A DNA stretch of 64,000 nucleotides from a bacterium (GTDB taxonomy: Bacteria > Patescibacteriota > Minisyncoccia > UBA6257 > JAGOQP01). Positions 58,720 to 64,000 of this stretch are shown here, in pieces (position 1 is the first letter of the stretch; each line of letters begins with the position of its first letter). The notes under the pieces are model-generated. The model was not told the DNA's origin. It did no database searches and worked only from the letters and a program-made list of their open reading frames with translations. The stretch spans positions 8,920-72,919 of the forward strand of contig JAKAHY010000002.1 in the NCBI GenBank assembly GCA_021814695.1, read 5' to 3'. The translations under genes and the position numbers were made by a program.

Positions 58720-59305
58720 TATGAAAACAAGCTCCAGAAGAATTCTATTTGTCATATTATCTCTAACCTTGGTTATTGCGGCTGCTTTTGTATATTCCTC
58801 TTTTATTTCTCCGGCCTATGACAATGTCATGACTTTAAGAAGCCAAATTGCGTCCCAGAACTCCGTTATTCAGAGATTCCAGATTACATTCGGAAAGGTG
58901 CAAAAACTTTTATCGGATCTTCAGACCGCTCCGGATGTCCAAAAACAGGTATCTCTGATTCTCCCGACGTCCCGTGACGTGAGTTATTTGGTCGGCCAGA
59001 TTTCAGGACTTGCCGAAGCAAACGGAATGACGCTTTCGCTTCTTTCAACAAATGTTCTTCCGGTTCAGCCGGCACAATCCAAAGTTATTCAGTCTGTGGG
59101 AAAATTGCGAGCGGATATCAAGTTGAACGGAAGTTATGCCGGATTCAAATCTTTTCTGAGGCAATTGCAATCAAATATTCTTCTGCTTGATGTGACGGAT
59201 ATTAAAATAGACAGCAGCGTGGTCAGTGGCACTACCGGTAGGGCCGGCTCAACATCTTTATCGTATTCCATATCTGTAAATAGTTATTATCAAACGAGTC
59301 AATAA
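58703..59305 (+). CDS. pilO: PilO-like type IV pilus assembly protein
   Basis: N-terminal TM, coiled coil; overlaps pilN by 17 nt. Confidence 0.5.
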   Translation: MIPPNNMKTSSRRILFVILSLTLVIAAAFVYSSFISPAYDNVMTLRSQIASQNSVIQRFQITFGKVQKLLSDLQTAPDVQKQVSLILPTSRDVSYLVGQISGLAEANGMTLSLLSTNVLPVQPAQSKVIQSVGKLRADIKLNGSYAGFKSFLRQLQSNILLLDVTDIKIDSSVVSGTTGRAGSTSLSYSISVNSYYQTSQ

Positions 59306-59308
59306 TTT

Positions 59309-59605
59309 ATGGCAATTTTTATTGAAGAAGAAAAAAAGGGAGGTGGCAGGTGGTTTGGTTTCGGGATAATATTTATTTCCCTCATAATTGTTGGGGCAGC
59401 GGTTTATTATCTGTTTTTTGTACAGACTCAATTATTCAACGTAGTCCTTCCGATAAAACTTCAATCCATTGACGAACTGACAAAGATCGCGAATTTTGAC
59501 CCTCAGACGGTTATCAACAGCGATTTTTATAAAAGTCTAAGACAGGTGATTCCGCCGCCGAGTCCTCCTCCGGCCGGCAACGCATCCCCATTTAATGTTT
59601 TTTAG
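59309..59605 (+). CDS. Small single-TM protein with proline-rich C-terminus within the pilus operon
   Basis: TM WFGFGIIFISLIIVGAAVYYLFF; C-terminus PPPSPPPAG. Confidence 0.45.
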   Translation: MAIFIEEEKKGGGRWFGFGIIFISLIIVGAAVYYLFFVQTQLFNVVLPIKLQSIDELTKIANFDPQTVINSDFYKSLRQVIPPPSPPPAGNASPFNVF

Positions 59606-59607
59606 AT

Positions 59608-61344
59608 ATGGAGAACAAAGTTCTCATTGACAAGTTAATTGCATCGGGCGCACTGAGTCAGGATAACGGGCAGAAGCTTCTTCAAGAAGCTTCTTTTGCC
59701 AAACGACCAGTGGAAGAACTCATGTACGAAAGGAGAATTATTCCCGAACAAGCGCTGATGGATGCAAAGAGCCAGCTTCTTAAAGCGCCGTATAAAAAAA
59801 TTGACCCGCAGTCTATTACCGACCAAGTTTTGAAAACAATTCCGGAAACTACCGTAAGAAATTTTAAAGTTGTTCCGATTGAGTTAAAAGAAGATCTGTT
59901 AGTTGTCGGTATGGTTAATCCCGACGATGAGAAGGCCCAGGATGCGCTAAAATTCATAGCCAGGCAACTGAGGGTGAATCTTGGAATATATCTTATTCCC
60001 ATGTCTTTGTGGGACACGATCCTGAGAAGATATTCTCCATACCGGAGTGAAGTTGAAGCGGCAGTGAAATCTATTTCGGCTTTTGGTAAAAAAATGACGC
60101 CGGCATCCCAGATTGTTCAATTGGAAGCTGGCCAGACCGGAGCGGAAGATGCTCCAATCATCCGCATAGTGGCATCAACTTTAAAAGAAGCGGTTTTTGA
60201 GCAGGCGTCAGATATACATATAGAGCCTCAGCGTAATCGACTGCGTATTCGTTTCAGGCTTGATGGGGAATTGAGGGAAGTGGCCTCAATGCCTCTTGAG
60301 CTTTATCAGCCAATCGTTTCGCGCATAAAAGTCCTTTCGGATTTGAAAATAGACGAGACTCGTGTTCCTCAAGATGGGCGCTTTAGGACAATGTTAATGG
60401 GAAGGGATATAGACTTTCGTGTTGCGACATTTCCGACTCCGGTAGGGGAAAAAGTAGCAATACGTGTTTTGGACCCGACTGTCGGGCTGAAGGGGCTTAA
60501 GGAGCTGGGGCTTATGGGAAGAAATTTGGATATTATTCAGCAGGGAATAGAAAAGCCTTACGGCATGGTACTTATCACCGGACCAACCGGTTCGGGTAAA
60601 ACAACGACGCTGTATGCTTTGATGCAGGGACTTAACAACGATTCGGTTAATATCGTCAGCTTGGAAGATCCTGTGGAATATTATATGGACGGATTAAACC
60701 AGTCCCAAGTACACCCCGAAATAGGATACGACTTTGCTTCCGGACTCAGACAGATTCTAAGACAAGATCCCGATATTATTATGGTCGGTGAAATTCGCGA
60801 TAATGAAACTGCGGCACTGGCCGTTCATGCGGCTCTGACCGGACACATTGTTCTATCGACGCTGCACACCAATAACGCAGTCGGAGTTATTCCTCGTCTT
60901 TTGGATATGAAAGTCGATTCATTCCTTATCCCGGCATCGCTAAACTTGATGGTTGGCCAGCGCCTGATTCCAAAACTTTGCCAGCAATGCAAAGAAGAGA
61001 AGCAACTCACTCCGGATTTAACCAGAGAAATGGAAGCTACTCTTAAGGAAATATCCGAAGAGGACAAAAAATCTTTTGGTATAGAAGCTCCTTATAAAGT
61101 TTACGAATCCAAGGGTTGCTCCGCGTGTAAGGGCAAAGGAATTTCCGGACGTATAGCAATGTTTGAAATATTAAGAATGACTCGGGAATTGGCGGAAGTC
61201 ATCAGTCGTAAGGGAACCGAGGGCGATATTGTTAAGGAGGCGGAGCGACAACATATGATTACTTTGCGCCAGGATGGGGTGATGAAGGCGGTTAAAGGTT
61301 TGGTATCTTTGGAAACCGTTCTTCGTGAAACGGAATTGATGTAA
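59608..61344 (+). CDS. pilB: Type IV pilus assembly ATPase PilB
   Basis: N-terminal GSPII_E_N domain; Walker A GPTGSGKTTT; Asp/His boxes; CQQC...CSAC zinc motif. Confidence 0.9.
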   Translation: MENKVLIDKLIASGALSQDNGQKLLQEASFAKRPVEELMYERRIIPEQALMDAKSQLLKAPYKKIDPQSITDQVLKTIPETTVRNFKVVPIELKEDLLVVGMVNPDDEKAQDALKFIARQLRVNLGIYLIPMSLWDTILRRYSPYRSEVEAAVKSISAFGKKMTPASQIVQLEAGQTGAEDAPIIRIVASTLKEAVFEQASDIHIEPQRNRLRIRFRLDGELREVASMPLELYQPIVSRIKVLSDLKIDETRVPQDGRFRTMLMGRDIDFRVATFPTPVGEKVAIRVLDPTVGLKGLKELGLMGRNLDIIQQGIEKPYGMVLITGPTGSGKTTTLYALMQGLNNDSVNIVSLEDPVEYYMDGLNQSQVHPEIGYDFASGLRQILRQDPDIIMVGEIRDNETAALAVHAALTGHIVLSTLHTNNAVGVIPRLLDMKVDSFLIPASLNLMVGQRLIPKLCQQCKEEKQLTPDLTREMEATLKEISEEDKKSFGIEAPYKVYESKGCSACKGKGISGRIAMFEILRMTRELAEVISRKGTEGDIVKEAERQHMITLRQDGVMKAVKGLVSLETVLRETELM

Positions 61345-61382
61345 ATTAGCCAATAAATATTCGATAAGTTATACTTAAATAT

Positions 61383-62453
61383 ATGACTGACTACAAACAG
61401 AAACTGAACGATCTTTTGTTGATGTGCGCCAAACAAGATGCTTCCGACCTGCATATTGCCGTTGGGCGCCACCCGACTTTGCGTATAGACGGAGCATTGG
61501 TTCCGCTGACAAAAGAATTAATATTGACACCCCAGGATGCCGAAGGCCTTGTTTTGGCTTTATTGACCGAATCTCAGAAGGGCGAACTTGCCTTGAAAAA
61601 ACAAGTCGACTTTTCTTATTCCTATGAAGACAAAGCGCGGTTCAGGGTAAATACTTATTATCAGCGCGGATATATGGCTGCGGCTTTGCGTTTAATTCCG
61701 GCCCAAATCAGAACAATTGAGGAACTTAAATTACCTCCGATACTGCATGATTTTGCCAATCTGTCACAGGGATTCGTGCTTGTTGTGGGTCCGGCGGGAC
61801 ACGGCAAGTCAACGACGCTGGCCGCCGTTTTGGATGAGGTAAACCATAATCGCACGGAACACATTGTCACCATTGAAGATCCGATAGAATATATTTTCGT
61901 TCAGGATAAAAGTATCGTTTCCCAAAGAGAGGTGCGGACCGATGCTATGGATTTTTCGCAGGCATTGAGATCGCTTCTCAGACAGGACCCGGACGTAGTT
62001 ATGATAGGAGAAATGCGCGATACGGAATCTATTGCAACTGCCTTAACCGCAGCCGAAACCGGACACTTGGTTCTTTCAACTCTTCACACCAACTCCGCTT
62101 CTCAAACAATCGACAGAATCATAGACAGCTTTCCGGCCGAACAGCAAAGTCAGATAGCTTCTCAACTTGCGGCAACGCTTGTGGGAATCGTTTCCGAGCG
62201 TCTTATTCCACGAATCGAAGGAGGCCGTGTTCCGACTTGTGAAATTATGATAGCCAATCCGGCCATAAGAAATTTAATTCGGGAAAGAAAAACCTATCAG
62301 ATAGATTTGGTTATAGAAACTAATGCTCAAGAAGGAATGATCACGCTCAATCGTTCGTTGGCGGATTTGGTGCGCCGCAGGGAAATAAGCTTGGAAAATG
62401 CCGAGTTGTACTCTCTCAATCCTTCCGAGTTAAGAATCCTTTTGGAAAAATAA
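61383..62453 (+). CDS. pilT: Twitching-motility/retraction ATPase PilT
   Basis: Walker A GPAGHGKSTT; PilT signature AIRNLIRE. Confidence 0.9.
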   Translation: MTDYKQKLNDLLLMCAKQDASDLHIAVGRHPTLRIDGALVPLTKELILTPQDAEGLVLALLTESQKGELALKKQVDFSYSYEDKARFRVNTYYQRGYMAAALRLIPAQIRTIEELKLPPILHDFANLSQGFVLVVGPAGHGKSTTLAAVLDEVNHNRTEHIVTIEDPIEYIFVQDKSIVSQREVRTDAMDFSQALRSLLRQDPDVVMIGEMRDTESIATALTAAETGHLVLSTLHTNSASQTIDRIIDSFPAEQQSQIASQLAATLVGIVSERLIPRIEGGRVPTCEIMIANPAIRNLIRERKTYQIDLVIETNAQEGMITLNRSLADLVRRREISLENAELYSLNPSELRILLEK

Positions 62454-62459
62454 ATAGAA

Positions 62460-63674
62460 ATGAAGTTCAAATATCAAGCCAGAAATAAAACAGGGGAATT
62501 ACAGGTGGGATTTGTTGAGGCTACCACGAGAGATGCGGCTTCCAACACCCTTACTTCCCATGACCTCTACGTTCTTAGCATTGAATCGGCGGAGAAAAAG
62601 AGCGTCTTTGACGCACTAACCAAAGTTTTCAAGAGAGTAAAAACAAAAGACCTGATGATATTTACCAGACAGCTGGCGACTCTTTTGGAATCCCAAATGC
62701 CTCTTAATAATGCACTGCAATCTTTGTATCAGCAGACTAATAACGAAACACTCAAAGAGTCGGTTTTTTTGATACTTCAGGACGTAGAAGCGGGACTTTC
62801 TTTGTCACAAGCTCTTGAGAGGCAGCGGCCGATATTTTCCGAATTTTATGTGAGCATGGTACGTTCGGCCGAAGTCACCGGACGTCTTGAGGAGGCGATG
62901 ACTTTTTTGGCTTATTACATAGAACGCGAAGCTAAATGGAAAGGAAAAATCGGCAATGCTCTTATTTATCCGGCAGTTCTTTTGGGTATGTTTGTCATAG
63001 TTGCCGGAATTATGGTTGCGGTGGTATTTCCTAAAATTCAGCCTGTTTTTACCGAAAGCAATGTCCAGCTTCCGTTTGTCACCCAGGCTTTAATGTCCGG
63101 GGGACAGTTAATTAGCAATTGGTGGTGGTTGGTGATTTTGGTTATGGCGGGCATAGTTTTTATTATCGTCGACTATCTTAGGAGCAATGAAGGAAAGGCG
63201 GTGGGCAACCAGCTGATATTGGTCATCCCCGTATTTGGAGAGCTTTTTAAAAAAATATATATCGCCCGTTTTTGCCAATCCCTTAGCGTTTTAATCAAAG
63301 GAGGCATTCCCATAACTCAGGCAATCGAAATAGCATCTTCTACTATTAACAACGTTATATACGAAGAAGTATTAAAACAAATAGCCGAAGGCGTCAGAGG
63401 TGGCGCGCTGTTTTCCCAGCTTCTGGGGGACAACATTAAATATTTTCCGATAATGGTCAGTCAAATGGCGGCAGTAGGAGAAACTACCGGCAGAGTGGAC
63501 GAAATGATGAATAAAATCGCGGATTTTTATGACAGCGAAGTAAACGATATGATGGCCAATCTTTCGGAATTAATTCAACCTATTTTAATTCTTATTATCG
63601 GCGTATTAATTGCCCTGCTATTTGCCGCCATTCTTCTTCCTATTTACAATATGGCCCAAACATTTAAAATATAA
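62460..63674 (+). CDS. pilC: Type IV pilus platform protein PilC (GspF family)
   Basis: Two T2SF domains; 3 TM. Confidence 0.9.
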   Translation: MKFKYQARNKTGELQVGFVEATTRDAASNTLTSHDLYVLSIESAEKKSVFDALTKVFKRVKTKDLMIFTRQLATLLESQMPLNNALQSLYQQTNNETLKESVFLILQDVEAGLSLSQALERQRPIFSEFYVSMVRSAEVTGRLEEAMTFLAYYIEREAKWKGKIGNALIYPAVLLGMFVIVAGIMVAVVFPKIQPVFTESNVQLPFVTQALMSGGQLISNWWWLVILVMAGIVFIIVDYLRSNEGKAVGNQLILVIPVFGELFKKIYIARFCQSLSVLIKGGIPITQAIEIASSTINNVIYEEVLKQIAEGVRGGALFSQLLGDNIKYFPIMVSQMAAVGETTGRVDEMMNKIADFYDSEVNDMMANLSELIQPILILIIGVLIALLFAAILLPIYNMAQTFKI

Positions 63675-63699
63675 TTATAAATTTATAAATAAAATAAGT

Positions 63700-64000
63700 A
63701 TGAAAAAAATATTTTTATCGGCATCGGGATTCACTTTGATCGAAATGATGGTCGTTATCGCAATTATCGCAATTTTGGCGTCCATCTTCCTGGTGGGACT
63801 GGGAGGATTTAGAAGCAGCGCTTACGACACCAGAAGGATTTCCGACTTACAACACGTCCAAAGCTATCTTGAGCTTTATTATAATAGCGCTCATCATTAT
63901 CCGTCATCTGTGGACTATACGGCTCTTGGCACGGATTTGATTGGGGCCGGAATTGGAGTTACGGCATTGCCTCAAGATCCTCAATACAGTAATGGAACCG
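63700..64000 (+). CDS. Type IV pilin (prepilin, class III signal); continues beyond the window
   Basis: MKKIFLSASG|FTLIEMMVVIAIIAILASI, a prepilin peptidase site with Glu+5. Confidence 0.8.
   Translation, partial: MKKIFLSASGFTLIEMMVVIAIIAILASIFLVGLGGFRSSAYDTRRISDLQHVQSYLELYYNSAHHYPSSVDYTALGTDLIGAGIGVTALPQDPQYSNGT

Overview
This 64-kb window comes from a low-GC (about 38-40%) bacterial chromosome. Its gene content has a small-genome, Patescibacteria-like flavour: many small secreted or membrane proteins, and type IV pilus plus ComF genes with no secretin. That taxonomic impression is inference only.

Gene order and housekeeping backbone:
- Partial PilB/GspE ATPase (3' end); infC-rpmI-rplT operon (minus strand).
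- smpB, followed immediately by a tmRNA.
- Three paralogous, independently transcribed surface proteins (714, 869 and 727 aa) with LVIVD-like beta-propeller repeats.
- ileS; AEC transporter, GH1 beta-glucosidase and glycerate kinase; ruvB.
- Lower-glycolysis trio ppsA-eno on the plus strand with gpmI convergent on the minus strand.
- rny, hup, and an ECF sigma / anti-sigma operon.
- Eight tRNAs: Gly-GCC, Lys-CTT, Arg-TCG, Pro-CGG, Ala-CGC, Gly-TCC, Ala-TGC, Ser-TGA.
- cca, murI, and a metal/redox cluster: ArsR, a thioredoxin-like protein, CDF, OsmC, ChrA, a DUF318-like permease, ZnuABC.
- A higher-GC islet (NUDIX, cytidine deaminase, HIT, three tRNAs).
- A DEAD-box helicase, DoxX, a Cys-rich repeat protein, ComFC, and a type IV pilus operon (pilM/N/O, pilB, pilT, pilC, and the pilin start).

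Most noteworthy observations:
1. A roughly 110-130-nt hairpin-rich element family occurs in six copies at five tRNA loci. Each copy sits downstream of the tRNA and abuts a duplicated tRNA 3' end (T-loop to acceptor). Conserved sequence blocks are separated by hairpins that differ between copies while remaining self-complementary.
2. IleRS carries a roughly 205-aa inserted histidine-phosphatase (RHG) domain.
3. A 20-nt GC-rich perfect or near-perfect palindrome (CCTGCCTRCCGGCAGGCAGG) is inserted in-frame in two unrelated genes, ileS and csaA. Both insertions encode LP[TA]GRQ.
4. Two tiny genes of about 63-65% GC, with GC3-rich codon usage, sit in AT-rich DNA. Each has its own consensus-like sigma70 promoter, Shine-Dalgarno site and terminator. 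One is bL28-like; the other is a 2-TM peptide.
5. The three LVIVD paralogs share a conserved C-terminal tail, PFSFxxLLxIFxRxxNNx. They share an extended -10 promoter, aATGTGATATAAT-gAAACAAAT, with a fourth secreted protein.
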